Notes: generated from the letters alone by a model not told the origin. Counted from the first letter of the stretch, positions 26,306 through 37,685 are shown. The stretch: 64,000 nt of DNA from Clostridiales bacterium (GCA_015058155.1 SVCW01000006.1:14408-78407); one strand, 5' to 3'. Numbers and translations: made by a program.

Positions 26306-28117
26306 TTACTTGTTGTCGTCGTATTTAAGAACGGCAGTGAATGCTTCCTGAGGAACTTCTACAGTACCGAACTGTCTCATACGTTTCTTACCTTCCTTCT
26401 GCTTTTCAAGAAGCTTCTTCTTACGCGAGATGTCACCACCGTAACACTTGGCAATAACGTCTTTACGGAAAGCTCTTACTGTTTCACGAGCAATAACCTT
26501 CTGACCGATAGCAGCCTGAATAGGTACTTCAAACTGGTGCATAGGAATGATTTCCTTAAGCTTTTCACATACGAAACGTCCGCGTGCCACAGCCTTTGAT
26601 TCATGAACGATCATAGAGAACGCATCGACAAGATCCTTGTTAAGAAGTACATCGAGTTTTACTACGTTTGACTTTTCGTATCTGATGAATTCATAATCGA
26701 GCGAACCGTAGCCTCTTGTCTTGGATTTGAGTGCATCAAAGAAGTCATAGATTACTTCATTGAGCGGCATTTCATAATGAAGCTGTACTCTCGTTTCTGT
26801 GATATATTCCATATGAATCATCCTGCCTCGTCTTTCCTGACAAAGCTCCATGATACTTCCTACATATTCCTTCGGAATCATGATATCAGCCTTAACGATA
26901 GGTTCTTCAATATGATCATATTCCATAACACCAGGAAGGTTTGTAGGGTTCTGAATCATTCTTACTTCACCGTTATGCATTACAACTTTGTAGATAACGC
27001 TTGGTGATGTTGTAATAACTCCGAGATTGAACTCTCTTTCAAGTCTTTCAACTATGATTTCCATATGGAGAAGTCCGAGGAAACCGCATCTGAAACCGAA
27101 ACCTAAAGCTGTTGATGTTTCAGGCTCGAAATTAAAAGCTGCGTCATTAACCTGAAGTTTTTCAAGAGCATCCTTTACAGTTTCATACTTTTCGCCTTCA
27201 GCAGGATAAATACCACAGAATACCATTGACTGAGGGTTCTTATATCCAGGACAAGGTTCATCTGTCGGATCTGCATCAAGTGTGATAGTATCACCAACCT
27301 GAGCATCTCGTACCTGCTTTATTGAAGCACAGATATAACCTACTTCACCTGCTCTTAATTCATTTGAAGGTGTAGGATTCGGTGAATAGAAGCCAACTTC
27401 TGTAACTTCATACTTTTTGTCAGTATTCATAAGACGGATGATATCACCCTTCTTTACACGTCCGTCAAATACTCTTGTATAAATTACTACGCCCTTGTAG
27501 CTGTCATAGTATGAGTCAAAAATGAGAGCCTTGAGTTTACCGTTTACATCTCCTGTTGGAGGTGGTACATTCTTCACTACATCTTCAAGAACATCTTCGA
27601 TTCCGATGCCTTCCTTCGCCGAAATAAGCGGAGCTTCAGATGCGTCAAGACCGATAACTTCTTCAACTTCCATTTTTACTTCATCAGGTCTTGCACTTGC
27701 AAGGTCGATTTTGTTAAGCACCGGAAGAATTTCAAGATTTTCGTCAAGTGCCAGATATACGTTTGCAAGAGTCTGGGCTTCTACACCCTGAGTAGCGTCA
27801 ACGATGAGAATCGCACCTTCACATGCAGCAAGGCTTCGCGATACTTCGTAAGTAAAGTCAACATGACCCGGAGTATCGATAAGGTTGAAAATGTACTCTT
27901 CCCCGTCTTTTGCCTTATAAAGAAGTCTTGTAGTCTGGAGCTTGATTGTGATTCCACGTTCTCTTTCGAGATCCATGTTATCAAGGAATTGTTCCTTCAT
28001 GTCTCGCTGTGCAACAAGCCCTGTCTTTTCAATAATACGGTCAGCAAGTGTTGACTTACCATGGTCTATATGTGCAATAATACTGAAATTCCTGATTTTA
28101 CTCTGATATGAATTCAT
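26306..28117 (-). CDS. lepA: Elongation factor 4 (LepA)
   Basis: 603 aa; [16 protein letters not shown]1 motif, DTPGHVDF, LepA-specific C-terminal domain. Confidence 0.95.
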   Translation of the reverse strand: MNSYQSKIRNFSIIAHIDHGKSTLADRIIEKTGLVAQRDMKEQFLDNMDLERERGITIKLQTTRLLYKAKDGEEYIFNLIDTPGHVDFTYEVSRSLAACEGAILIVDATQGVEAQTLANVYLALDENLEILPVLNKIDLASARPDEVKMEVEEVIGLDASEAPLISAKEGIGIEDVLEDVVKNVPPPTGDVNGKLKALIFDSYYDSYKGVVIYTRVFDGRVKKGDIIRLMNTDKKYEVTEVGFYSPNPTPSNELRAGEVGYICASIKQVRDAQVGDTITLDADPTDEPCPGYKNPQSMVFCGIYPAEGEKYETVKDALEKLQVNDAAFNFEPETSTALGFGFRCGFLGLLHMEIIVERLEREFNLGVITTSPSVIYKVVMHNGEVRMIQNPTNLPGVMEYDHIEEPIVKADIMIPKEYVGSIMELCQERRGRMIHMEYITETRVQLHYEMPLNEVIYDFFDALKSKTRGYGSLDYEFIRYEKSNVVKLDVLLNKDLVDAFSMIVHESKAVARGRFVCEKLKEIIPMHQFEVPIQAAIGQKVIARETVRAFRKDVIAKCYGGDISRKKKLLEKQKEGKKRMRQFGTVEVPQEAFTAVLKYDDNK

Positions 28118-28222
28118 ATTGTCCCCTTATAATATAAGCTTCATCGGATTCGTCCGATAGATAGTATATTATACCACAGATAGGGTCTTTCAGTAAACAA
28201 AATTATAGCTTGAAACTCGCCA

Positions 28223-29131
28223 TCAGTCGCTCATTACTTCATCGATTACAGCCTTTAAGACATGAGCTAGATATTTGCCGGTAAGTCTCGTTTCACTGAT
28301 ATCGTTTTCGTTGTTTCCTACTTCAATCAGCATAGCGTAGTCTGATACATACTGATTATACTTGTACTCCTTATCGATTTTTCTTCCCGCAAAACCGGGG
28401 TACATTTCATCAGCCGTTGCAAGAACGTTTTCCGCAAGTGTATTAAGTGCCGTTGCATTCTCATTTCCCTGTCCTACAACCATCGCAAAGCTTGAAACTG
28501 TTTCTCCGTTTATTTCTACAGTTTTTGATTTACCGCCCGTGTATGCAGCCGCATCTCTGTGAAGGTCAATTACAAACACTGCAGAAGGATTTTCCCGAAT
28601 CAGCCTGTTTACTGTTTCAAGTGATCTCGCATAAGACTGGTTGTATGATTCTGCATCGTGAAGCGTTTTATCGTGTATTACACCGATTCCGAGTGATTCA
28701 AGTTCAGCCGCAAGTACAGTTCCGACTTCCCTTACCGAACCTTCTTCAGCAGTAGTTCTGTAGTTGTTTTCGACAGGAATCGGCTGATAAGCCTCCGTAG
28801 CATGCGTATGATATATTATGACAAGAGGTTTACCATTATCCTTCTTCACAGTCTGAGGTGTAGGATTATCAGGATTCTGCGTATCTACGATATCGCTTTT
28901 AATCTCTCCCGTTACCGTATTTTCTATCGATGAATCAGTTACACTCTCACTTGCAATTTCACTTCTTGCAACCCCTCTTGTAGCTGCAGGATACACAGCC
29001 TGTACACACATTACACCAAGATCACTTTCCGTAATTTTCTTTCCGTCAGTACTTATTGCAATTCCGGAAAACAAAATCGCAGAAAGCAAATAAACCGCAG
29101 AAAACACTACAGTAAACTGCTTTATTCTCAT
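28223..29131 (-). CDS. spoIIP: Stage II sporulation protein P (SpoIIP)
   Basis: Signal/TM N-terminus, IIYHTHATEAY and VIDLHRDA motifs of the SpoIIP amidase family; gpr–spoIIP–lepA synteny as in B. subtilis. Confidence 0.85.
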   Translation of the reverse strand: MRIKQFTVVFSAVYLLSAILFSGIAISTDGKKITESDLGVMCVQAVYPAATRGVARSEIASESVTDSSIENTVTGEIKSDIVDTQNPDNPTPQTVKKDNGKPLVIIYHTHATEAYQPIPVENNYRTTAEEGSVREVGTVLAAELESLGIGVIHDKTLHDAESYNQSYARSLETVNRLIRENPSAVFVIDLHRDAAAYTGGKSKTVEINGETVSSFAMVVGQGNENATALNTLAENVLATADEMYPGFAGRKIDKEYKYNQYVSDYAMLIEVGNNENDISETRLTGKYLAHVLKAVIDEVMSD

Positions 29132-29182
29132 TCTTTTCCCCCTTTCCCCGTCAAGCGTTTCGCTTCTCAGGGATTAGTATTC

Positions 29183-30088
29183 TTAAGAATATATGCCGGG
29201 GTGAAGCATTATATTAATGCCATTAGCAATTATATCCGAGAAATCTTTTATGACTGTGTCAATGTCAGTTGACGTTACTACCATATCAAACTCATTTTCG
29301 TTAAGGTAACTGTCGATTGCATCGTTATCATTTTCAAACTTCGATAATGCATCTATGACAAGAGTTCCTGCGTCAATAACAGTAGGAACGCCTATCGCTA
29401 TTACCTTACAACCGAGCGTTTCCCTATCGAGCATCTTTCGTACATTTCCCATACCACTTCCGGGACTTATACCTGTATCGTTTATCTGAATCGTAGTATT
29501 TATACGACTTACATTTCTTGCGGCAAGCGAATCGATTACAATAACGACATCCGGTTTCACGATTTCTACTGCTCTCTTAATAAGTTCTGCTGTTTCTATG
29601 CCTGTCGTACCTGTTACACCGGGGACAAAAGCACTGACATTACTTATGTCCGGATCTCTTTCCATATTGTAAATTGTGTAAAGATGCCTTGTTACTCTGA
29701 GCTTTGATACAGTAAAAGGTCCGAGAGCATCAGGCGTTACCTTGTCATTTCCAAGACCTGTCACAAGAACATTCAGGTTTCTGTCTTCTCCTGTAAGTCT
29801 CACAAGTTCATTTGCCAGAGCCTTGCTCCCTCTCTCACGAATACCTTCTTTTTCGTCTACTATTCCATCTACCTCTAGAGTGATATAATTTCCCTTTCTC
29901 TTCTTAAAGAACATCTCGCCTCTTTCATCTGTAATCCTGATTCGTGTAACTTTAATATCCTCATCATAAGTCTTCTCCTCAATTTCAGCTCCATCAATAA
30001 GCTTTCTGACTGTATCATCACCAGATAATTCAGCTGCTGATTCAAAATCTTCAACATATTCAATAGCAAGATCAGTCCTGTACCTCAT
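29183..30088 (-). CDS. gpr: Germination protease GPR
   Basis: MRYRTDLAIE…, 301 aa, GPR endopeptidase family; divergent from rpsT as in Bacillus. Confidence 0.9.
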   Translation of the reverse strand: MRYRTDLAIEYVEDFESAAELSGDDTVRKLIDGAEIEEKTYDEDIKVTRIRITDERGEMFFKKRKGNYITLEVDGIVDEKEGIRERGSKALANELVRLTGEDRNLNVLVTGLGNDKVTPDALGPFTVSKLRVTRHLYTIYNMERDPDISNVSAFVPGVTGTTGIETAELIKRAVEIVKPDVVIVIDSLAARNVSRINTTIQINDTGISPGSGMGNVRKMLDRETLGCKVIAIGVPTVIDAGTLVIDALSKFENDNDAIDSYLNENEFDMVVTSTDIDTVIKDFSDIIANGINIMLHPGIYS

Positions 30089-30225
30089 AAAATACCTCCA
30101 AACCGTTGAAATTACTTGATATTTTTAAATTTCCCTTGCTATTTCTTTATTATTCATATATAATAATACTCGCGAAAATTTGCTAACCAAAAAATTTTAA
30201 TAAGAAAAGTGGGGTGAATTAAAAA

Positions 30226-30489
30226 ATGGCAAATATTAAATCCGCAAAGAAAAGAATCCGTGTAATCGACAAGAAGACTGCAAGAAACAGAAGAATTAAG
30301 AATCATCTTAAGACTGCTTTAAAGAACTTCGACGTTGCAATCGCAGAAGGCAACATGGAAGCTGCTAAGGTAGCTCTCGTTGCTTGTGAAAAGGAACTTA
30401 TGCAGGCTGCTGCTAAGGGAACTATCCACAAGAACGCTGCTTCAAGAAAGGTTTCAAGACTTACAAAGAGATTCAACAACGCAAAATAA
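30226..30489 (+). CDS. rpsT: 30S ribosomal protein S20
   Basis: MANIKSAKKRIRVIDKKTARNRRIKNHLKTALK… 87 aa, followed by hairpin terminator AACCGAAGG…CCTTCGGTTTCTTCTTTTTT. Confidence 0.95.
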   Translation: MANIKSAKKRIRVIDKKTARNRRIKNHLKTALKNFDVAIAEGNMEAAKVALVACEKELMQAAAKGTIHKNAASRKVSRLTKRFNNAK

Positions 30490-30527
30490 ATCTCACCCGT
30501 CCCCACCAGCGCATAAGTTAAATGCGT

Positions 30528-30580
30528 ATTTACGTGAGTAAAAAAACCGAAGGATGTGTCTCCCTTCGGTTTCTTCTTTT
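30528..30580 (+). terminator. rpsT rho-independent terminator
   Basis: AAAAAACCGAAGGATGTGTCTCCCTTCGGTTTCTTCTTTTTT. Confidence 0.7.
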
Positions 30581-30635
30581 TTGAAGTTTATATCGGATGG
30601 TTGTGAGTACATCAGGCTGCTATTAATATGCAGTC

Positions 30636-31847
30636 TTATTTTTTTGCTTTTATTTCAGTAATGCGATATACAAGTCTTAATAAAGTTTCTATTCCTGTTT
30701 TCAGGCACTCAGGATTTATCTCAAACTTACCCGTATGTAAGGGACTGTTTTCTCTTCCTTCGTAACCTGATCCAATATAAAAGTATATACTCTGTGCCTT
30801 TTTCCCGTAAAAAGCGAAGTCATCCACCATAAGGGACGAATCGCTTAATTCCAACGTTTGTAGGTGTTCATTTTTATATTTATAGTCTTGTTCATTATTT
30901 TCTGACTCAAGCATAAGAAATACGTCACAAAGCTCTTCGTCGTTTATCAGTTCAGGGTACCCGTCGCTTATTTTAATATCGCAGATACATCCGTATGCTG
31001 CTGAAACAGCTTGAGAGACTGCTTCAAGTTCATCCGCAATTTCAATACACAAGGCTTCACTTTCGCCTCTTATTATTCCGGAAATTCTTACATCATCACA
31101 GATTATATTTCTTGCGTTTCCTCCTTCTATCATTCCAAAAGATATCAGAGCAGATTTTGCAGGATCCGTGATTCTTGTAAGTACGGACGATGCTACTGAT
31201 ATAATCGATGATGCAGCAAGAATAGCATCACAGCCAAGGTGTGGTTTTGCACCATGGCTTTTCTTTCCTAAAACTCTTATGTCAAACATTTTTGAAGCTC
31301 CGCATACGAGTCCTCGCTTGACTCCCGTGATCCCTGCATTCAGCTCCGGCGAAACATGAAATCCTATTACTAAATCACAGTCATCAAGAATTCCTGATTC
31401 TGATATGTACTTACCTTTGCCATCACCTTCTTCATCCTGCTGAAAAATATGTATAAGGTCAACTTCAGGCAAGAAATCTTTAATTTCACTGCATACTTTT
31501 GCAAACCCGAGGAGGATTGCAGTATGCGCATCATGGCCACAGGCATGCATCACTCCAGGATTCGTTGATTTATACGAAAGATTTGTTTCCTCGCTTATTT
31601 TTATTGCATCTATATCTGCACGAATCGCTATTTTAATTTTTCCATTATTGTTCTGACCTGAAATTACTGTTGTATTTAAAATTCTTTCTGTTTCAAGACC
31701 GAATACCTGAAGATTATTCTCAATCATCTGCGCTGTATTATATTCCATATTTCCCAGCTCAGGGCACTTATGAAGTTCTTCAAACACAGCTCGGGAATGC
31801 TCGTATGCCCTTTTGACAACATCGTTATAATCATATTTTTCAAACAT
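30636..31847 (-). CDS. M20-family amidohydrolase (aminoacylase / hippurate hydrolase-like)
   Basis: MHACGHDAHTA metal-binding motif, M20D architecture; start at MFEKYDY with GGAGG RBS 9 nt upstream. Confidence 0.8.
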   Translation of the reverse strand: MFEKYDYNDVVKRAYEHSRAVFEELHKCPELGNMEYNTAQMIENNLQVFGLETERILNTTVISGQNNNGKIKIAIRADIDAIKISEETNLSYKSTNPGVMHACGHDAHTAILLGFAKVCSEIKDFLPEVDLIHIFQQDEEGDGKGKYISESGILDDCDLVIGFHVSPELNAGITGVKRGLVCGASKMFDIRVLGKKSHGAKPHLGCDAILAASSIISVASSVLTRITDPAKSALISFGMIEGGNARNIICDDVRISGIIRGESEALCIEIADELEAVSQAVSAAYGCICDIKISDGYPELINDEELCDVFLMLESENNEQDYKYKNEHLQTLELSDSSLMVDDFAFYGKKAQSIYFYIGSGYEGRENSPLHTGKFEINPECLKTGIETLLRLVYRITEIKAKK

Positions 31848-31912
31848 AAAAAAACACCTCCGCAGCATATATATGCCGTAGAGGTGTCATTAATTCATTA
31901 AATTACCGTGAA

Positions 31913-33676
31913 CTATACTTCAAGAGTCTGTTCTTCAGGAAGAAGGTTCATATTGTCACTTCTCTTAATCTTCTTTGTTGAAGTCTTGATGAAGTCACCC
32001 TTCTTGATAGTGACTGATCTGATACGTTTCCAGTTTGGAAGTCCCATATTCATTTCAGCGATTTCGCCTCTGATAAGCTTGTATACCGCTTCGTCAGCAG
32101 GATTATCCCCGAGAAGTTCTGTTAAAGCTTCCATATCCGGCTTAACCTGTACACTTACTATAGTATCGAGTCCGTCTTCACTATCAGTTCCGTAAACCAT
32201 ACATTCGTTAACGTAAGGAATCTTCATAACATATCCTTCAATTTCTTCAGGATATATGTTCTTTCCAGTCTTTGTAACGATTACGTTTTTCTTTCTTCCT
32301 GTTAAGTAAATGCAGCCATCAGGATCGAGGAATCCGAGGTCACCAGTCTTGTACCAGCCTTCGCCATCGAGAACTTCTGCTGTTTCTTCCGGCATGTTGT
32401 AATAACCGAGCATTACATTAGGGCCTCTGTAGTAAATGTCGCCGATGCCGTTTTCATCAGGATTTTCGATCTTGAATTCTCCTTCAGGAAGAGCCGGACC
32501 GCATGAGCCTGCCTTCTTGTATCCACCCTCCTTGAAATCAGGAAGACCTGATACGAGCGGACAACATTCAGTAAGACCGTATCCCTGTCTGTACAGATAA
32601 CCGAAATCAAGGAAATCTCTTCCGATTGCTGGGTCAAGAGCCGCACCACCGCAGAGCATTACTCTTAAATGTCCGCCGAGAGAATCGTGTACTGACTTGA
32701 AGAGCTTACCGCTTAAATCAATACCGATATGTTTGAGTTTTCTGTTAACCTTGATAGCATTCTTGAGGAGGCTTTCCTTACCTTCCTTCTTTGCAGTCTT
32801 CCAGATTTTCGCATGAACACTTTCAAAAATGAGAGGAACACCAATGAGGAATGTCGTTTTTGATTCAGCGAGGTTCTTTGTAATATACTTAAGACCTTCA
32901 AAGATTGCTACACTTCCTCCTCTGTAGAGGAATGCCATGAAACCGATAGTTGAACCAAAAGTATGATTCATTGGAAGAATTGTAAGATTTACATCCTTTT
33001 CATTTAAAAGGAACATTCTTGCAGTATCCATTATATTGGCGCAAAGATTGAAATGGCTGAGCATTACACCCTTTGGATTTCCTGTAGTTCCTGAAGTGAA
33101 GATAAGACTTGCCATTATCTGATTGTCAATTTCTGCATCGAGGAATCTTCTGTCTCCGGCTTCAATAAGCTTCTTACCTTCATCAATTGCCTTTCTTATA
33201 CACTTTTCATTATCGGCTCTACGCTTGCTTTCGTACATTTCCATTTCGAAACCGTACTTTATATCAAGCCCTTCAAGCTTTTCAGCACAGTTTGTAGTAT
33301 AGAAAACAGCGTCACAGTCTGCAGCCTTCAAAAGCACCTGAATTTCTTCAGTTGAAAGGTCTTTATCCATAGGAACTACTACACCAGTACCGTTAATTAC
33401 TGCAAAATATGCAACAACCCAGTCGTAGCAGTTTTCGCCCATTACTGCAATCTTCTTATCCTTAAGTCCGAGATTGATAAGCTTTGTTCCGAGTGCATTT
33501 ACATCGTCAAGGAATTCAGTATAAGTAATTCCCTTATACTCTCCACCCTTAACTTCTTTTACAAGAAAAGCATTGTTTTCAGGCCATTTCCTTGTAGCTT
33601 CTTCGATAAAATACTTTAAGTTTTCAATCGGCCATACTTCATGATAACCTTTGAATAATTCGTTATTATTTTCCAT
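31913..33676 (-). CDS. AMP-dependent synthetase/ligase (long-chain fatty acid–CoA ligase-like)
   Basis: AMP-binding signature IFTSGTTGNPKGVMLSH, YGLTE, 587 aa. Confidence 0.85.
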   Translation of the reverse strand: MENNNELFKGYHEVWPIENLKYFIEEATRKWPENNAFLVKEVKGGEYKGITYTEFLDDVNALGTKLINLGLKDKKIAVMGENCYDWVVAYFAVINGTGVVVPMDKDLSTEEIQVLLKAADCDAVFYTTNCAEKLEGLDIKYGFEMEMYESKRRADNEKCIRKAIDEGKKLIEAGDRRFLDAEIDNQIMASLIFTSGTTGNPKGVMLSHFNLCANIMDTARMFLLNEKDVNLTILPMNHTFGSTIGFMAFLYRGGSVAIFEGLKYITKNLAESKTTFLIGVPLIFESVHAKIWKTAKKEGKESLLKNAIKVNRKLKHIGIDLSGKLFKSVHDSLGGHLRVMLCGGAALDPAIGRDFLDFGYLYRQGYGLTECCPLVSGLPDFKEGGYKKAGSCGPALPEGEFKIENPDENGIGDIYYRGPNVMLGYYNMPEETAEVLDGEGWYKTGDLGFLDPDGCIYLTGRKKNVIVTKTGKNIYPEEIEGYVMKIPYVNECMVYGTDSEDGLDTIVSVQVKPDMEALTELLGDNPADEAVYKLIRGEIAEMNMGLPNWKRIRSVTIKKGDFIKTSTKKIKRSDNMNLLPEEQTLEV

Positions 33677-33678
33677 TA

Positions 33679-35301
33679 CTAACCCTCATATACGAGCTTT
33701 CCGCCTATGATAGTCTTTACTACCTTGACGTCAGCAATATTGTCCTTGTTTACATTAAATATATCATCTGAAAGGACTACCATATCTGCAAACTTTCCTG
33801 CTTCGATAGTACCCTTTTCATTTTCTTCATAGTTTGCGTATGCTGCACCTGTTGTAAATGCATGGACAGCCTGCTCTACAGTAATGCACTGTTCAGGGAA
33901 CCATCCTTCTACTGGAAGTCCGTCCCAGTCACGTCTTGTTACTGATCCTTCAATACCAAGGATAGGATTGTAATCTTCAACCGGGCTGTCTGAACCAGCT
34001 GCTACTACACAACCTTCATCATGGAATCTCTTCCAGTTGTATGAAAGTGAAGCTCTGTGTCTTCCGAGTCTGTCTTCAGCAATTTCAATATCTGACTTAA
34101 CGAAAACGAGTTCGCAACCTGCCACAACACCAAGTCTTGCATACTCTTCAATAAGACCTTCTGTAGTAACCTGACAATGGTCGATACCGAATCTTAAGTC
34201 CTTATCAGGATTTGCCTTGATAATCGGTTCATAAGCCTTGAGAGCCATATAAACTTCCATGTCGCCGATGCCGTCACATACTGATAAAAGACCATGCTCA
34301 TAAGCATCCTTGATCTTTCTTGAGAGTGCTTCCTGTGTAATAACAGGTCCGCCGTATGTACCAGGTTCATCTGAATACTGTTCAATAAGCGCAGCTTCTC
34401 TTACGCCGAGTGATCCTGCAATAAGGAGCTTGAACTTACCGATTCTGAAGAAGTCAGAACCATCGCCAGTCTTATAACCGTACTTATAGAACTCCTGCTG
34501 CTGTTCGTCTTCAGGAAGATAAAGCATGAGGTTAACTCTGATAGGAAGTTCGCCAGCTTCGTCAAGTTCCTTGTAAGCCTGAAGAATATCGTTGAAATCT
34601 CCAGCTCTTGTAAGTTCGAAATCGTCTGTTTCTACTGAAGTCATTCCGGCATCTCTGTACTTTTCACAAGCTGCTACGATTGACTTCTTGATCTTTTCTA
34701 CTCCGAGCTTAGGAAGTCTTGAGTAAACAACTTCCTTTGCTTCGCCCTTGAATACCCCTGTAGGAACTCCATTATCATCAACAAAGATTGATCCGAGTTC
34801 AAATTCAGGAAGTTCTTCCATGAAACCGAGTTCTTCAAGTGCCTTTGTATTTGTGATACAAACATAGCTGCATGATCTTCCGATTGAAATCATGTGCTTA
34901 GTTGAAACCTTGTCCAGGTCATGTCTGTCCGGCATACGGCCTTCAGGATAGTTTGTTTCGTTCCATCCTCTTCCTTCAACCCATGTTCCTTCAGGAATAT
35001 TATTATCTTCGATATACTTCTTTAAGCATTCGATAAGTTCTTCGATACTCTTGCAGTCATCGAGATATGCCATTGTAAGGCTGTATCCATAACTTAAAAG
35101 ATGTGTATGGCTGTCATAAAAACCAGGAATAACAGTCTTTCCTTCAGCATCAATAACTTCATCTCCATCCTTTGCCATAGCCATGATTTCTGCGTCTGTT
35201 CCAGTCGCAACAATCTTGCCGTCTGTCATATATACTGCCTGTACTACTGTATCGTTTGAATCAAGTGTTCTGATATTTCCATTTCTAAGAATAGTGCTCA
35301 T
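33679..35301 (-). CDS. Amidohydrolase-family metal-dependent hydrolase (amidohydrolase 3)
   Basis: VIPGFYDSHTHLL metal-binding HxH motif; start at MSTILRNGN with GGAGG RBS. Confidence 0.8.
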   Translation of the reverse strand: MSTILRNGNIRTLDSNDTVVQAVYMTDGKIVATGTDAEIMAMAKDGDEVIDAEGKTVIPGFYDSHTHLLSYGYSLTMAYLDDCKSIEELIECLKKYIEDNNIPEGTWVEGRGWNETNYPEGRMPDRHDLDKVSTKHMISIGRSCSYVCITNTKALEELGFMEELPEFELGSIFVDDNGVPTGVFKGEAKEVVYSRLPKLGVEKIKKSIVAACEKYRDAGMTSVETDDFELTRAGDFNDILQAYKELDEAGELPIRVNLMLYLPEDEQQQEFYKYGYKTGDGSDFFRIGKFKLLIAGSLGVREAALIEQYSDEPGTYGGPVITQEALSRKIKDAYEHGLLSVCDGIGDMEVYMALKAYEPIIKANPDKDLRFGIDHCQVTTEGLIEEYARLGVVAGCELVFVKSDIEIAEDRLGRHRASLSYNWKRFHDEGCVVAAGSDSPVEDYNPILGIEGSVTRRDWDGLPVEGWFPEQCITVEQAVHAFTTGAAYANYEENEKGTIEAGKFADMVVLSDDIFNVNKDNIADVKVVKTIIGGKLVYEG

Positions 35302-35343
35302 TATTTGTGTCCTCCAAGATAAGTAAATTGTATAATTCTGCAC

Positions 35344-36057
35344 TTACGCTGTTACTGTTTCAAGCGCGAGTTTCATCATATCTGTAAAAGTTTTTTCTCT
35401 TTCTTCGTTTGTTGTCTCTTCGCCAGTTACGAAATGATTTGAAATTGTAAGGATTGTAAGCGCATCACGTCTGTGATAAGCGGCATTCATGTAAAGAGCT
35501 GCAGCTTCCATTTCTACTGCGAGTGTTCCCATGCTCTGCCATTTTTTCCACCACTCATCACCAAGTTCGTAGAATACATCTCCTGATAAAATGTTTCCGG
35601 CTTTGTATTCGAGACCAAGCTTCTTCGCTGCTGCGTCTGCCTGGAGAAGCATATTCATGCTTGCTGCGGGTGAATAAGTTCCAGGGAGGTTAAATGCGTG
35701 CGCATAATTTGAATCTGTAGATGCTGATACACCAAGCACGATGTCACGCACTTTAACGTCTTCGTGGAAAGAACCGGCTGTTCCGATTCTAATAAGTTTC
35801 TGAACTCCATAGAATTCCATAAGTTCCCACGAATAAAGTCCCATTGAAGGCATGCCCATACCAGTTCCCATTACTGATACAGGCACTCCTTTATATCTAC
35901 CAGTGTATCCGAGCATACCGCGTACTTCATTGAAAAGTACCGGTTCCTCGAGGAAGTTTTCTGCGATAAATTTTGCTCTTAAAGGATCGCCAGGAAGGAG
36001 AATGCCTTCAGCAATAGCGCCTTTATCAGCTCCGATTGCACCAATGTGTCCACTCAT
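35344..36057 (-). CDS. deoD: Purine nucleoside phosphorylase DeoD-type
   Basis: 237 aa PNP/UDP family; GDPLRAKFIAENF, VSVMGTGMGMPS, IRIGTAGS. Confidence 0.9.
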   Translation of the reverse strand: MSGHIGAIGADKGAIAEGILLPGDPLRAKFIAENFLEEPVLFNEVRGMLGYTGRYKGVPVSVMGTGMGMPSMGLYSWELMEFYGVQKLIRIGTAGSFHEDVKVRDIVLGVSASTDSNYAHAFNLPGTYSPAASMNMLLQADAAAKKLGLEYKAGNILSGDVFYELGDEWWKKWQSMGTLAVEMEAAALYMNAAYHRRDALTILTISNHFVTGEETTNEEREKTFTDMMKLALETVTA

Positions 36058-36267
36058 AACTTTCCTCCATAAATTTCCCTTATTTTTCTAATATCACAAA
36101 CTATCTCAGATAGTTTTGTACTCTATATGCATGTCTAACCCTTATTTTAGCACAATACAGCCTTATTATCTACTGTTTCAGCAAAATTTTTGTATAAATC
36201 TTCATGTGAAGAAATATATATAAAAAGCGCACGAGAGTTATCGTGCGCTTTAGCTATTTCGGGCTGA

Positions 36268-36753
36268 TTATTTGTGGTCGTACTGTTTTACTTCTACTTC
36301 CTTCTTATCGAAATCGATGAAAATCTGGTATGCGTAATTATCTTCGCTTGTATCCCAGATTTCTACGAATTTAGGTGTGATTTCGATTATGATTTCAGTG
36401 TCTTCGTGTGAGTACTTGTTGTAGCTTCCCCAGAGATGTTCCTTATAGAGCTTTTCAAACTTTCTGTCTGGTTCGTCAACAACCAGTCCCTTGTTTTCAG
36501 CAATACCTTCTACCTGAACACCGCTCCAGCAGAGAGCAACCTGCGGATTTGCGTAGAGCTGCTGAGTCTTTCTGAAATTCTTGTCAGTCTTGAACCAGAT
36601 TTTTTCATCGTAGAAAAGACAGCTCACGTTTCTTACCATTACATAATCGTTTACTGAGCTTGCAAGTGCCATGATTTTCCAGTCACCGAGCTTTTCAAAC
36701 ATTATTTCCTTTGCCTGTTCAAATGTAAGGTTTTTATCAATACTGAATTTCAT
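36268..36753 (-). CDS. Pyridoxamine 5'-phosphate oxidase-family (FMN-binding split-barrel) protein
   Basis: 161 aa, PNPOx-like fold; 11 nt downstream of ribU and so under the FMN riboswitch. Confidence 0.65.
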   Translation of the reverse strand: MKFSIDKNLTFEQAKEIMFEKLGDWKIMALASSVNDYVMVRNVSCLFYDEKIWFKTDKNFRKTQQLYANPQVALCWSGVQVEGIAENKGLVVDEPDRKFEKLYKEHLWGSYNKYSHEDTEIIIEITPKFVEIWDTSEDNYAYQIFIDFDKKEVEVKQYDHK

Positions 36754-36764
36754 ATGTATGCCTC

Positions 36765-37376
36765 CTATTTATTGTCTGCTTCGCTGATTATTTTCTTGAG
36801 CGGTTTACTGATTTTCTTGTAAACGAAGAATGTTATAACTGAAGTTACTGTTCTTGATATTACGTTGAATGGAACGATTGAAAAAGCAACTACAGTCGGT
36901 ATGTTTTTGATATATGGGTTTACAGCTGAGAACATTCCTACTATCATATCCCAGTCCATTCCGTAGAGGAACATATATGCAGGGAAAATGAGATAAATGT
37001 TTGTAATTATTGCTGTAATGATACTGAGAACTGATCCTAAAACGAGTCCTATAACAGCACCCTTCTTTGTACGATGCTTTCTGTAGTAAAGGACTGCAGG
37101 AAGTACATATGTTACGCTAAGAAGGAAATTCTGGATTTCTCCTGTAAGCATTGATGAACTTCCCTGGAATACCAGTTTCAGAAGAAGCTTTACTGTAATG
37201 ATTTCAATTGCTCCAACCGGACCGAGTACGAAGCCTCCGATGAGTTCAGGGAGCGCCGAAAGGTCGAATTCCGCAAATGGCGAAAGGAACGGAACTCCGA
37301 AATTAAAGAAGATGAGAATGAATGATGCACATCCCATCATTGCCGCCACTACAAGGCGATAAACTTTTTGTCTCAT
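36765..37376 (-). CDS. ribU: ECF-transporter S component, riboflavin-type (RibU)
   Basis: 203 aa, 5–6 TM helices, ECF S-component fold; preceded by an FMN riboswitch. Confidence 0.75.
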   Translation of the reverse strand: MRQKVYRLVVAAMMGCASFILIFFNFGVPFLSPFAEFDLSALPELIGGFVLGPVGAIEIITVKLLLKLVFQGSSSMLTGEIQNFLLSVTYVLPAVLYYRKHRTKKGAVIGLVLGSVLSIITAIITNIYLIFPAYMFLYGMDWDMIVGMFSAVNPYIKNIPTVVAFSIVPFNVISRTVTSVITFFVYKKISKPLKKIISEADNK

Positions 37377-37419
37377 TTAATTACCTCCATGAGCCGGAAT
37401 CTTTGAAATGATCCCGCAA

Positions 37420-37645
37420 ATTAAAAATCCCGAAGCCAAATTTCTGTCAGCCTCGGGAATTGCTTCACGGAAATAAACGATGACACGTAAAGTCACCTTC
37501 CTTGAAGAATTCAGTCTTTTACCATCCGGACTATACCGTCGGTTTCTGAGTTTCACAGAATCGGCCCTCGCACATGCTCGGGTTCATGGACTATACCATC
37601 GGTCGGGAATCACACCCTGCCCCAAAGACTTCCAGTATTTACTTC
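37420..37645 (-). promoter_or_regulatory. FMN riboswitch (RFN element) with terminator expression platform, leader of ribU
   Basis: Minus-strand RNA: AGUCUUUGGGGCAGGGUGUGAUUCCCGACCGAUGGUAUAGUCC…CGAUUCUGUGAAACUCAGAAACCGACGGUAUAGUCCGGAUGGUAAAAGACU matches the conserved FMN aptamer core; P1 is AGUCUUU/AAAGACU; downstream hairpin CCCGAGGC…GCUUCGGG+AUUUUU; TTGACT-N17-TATAAT promoter upstream. Confidence 0.85.
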
Positions 37646-37685
37646 TTTGTGTATTATACCGCGTTAAAGTGCGATAGTCAACAGA

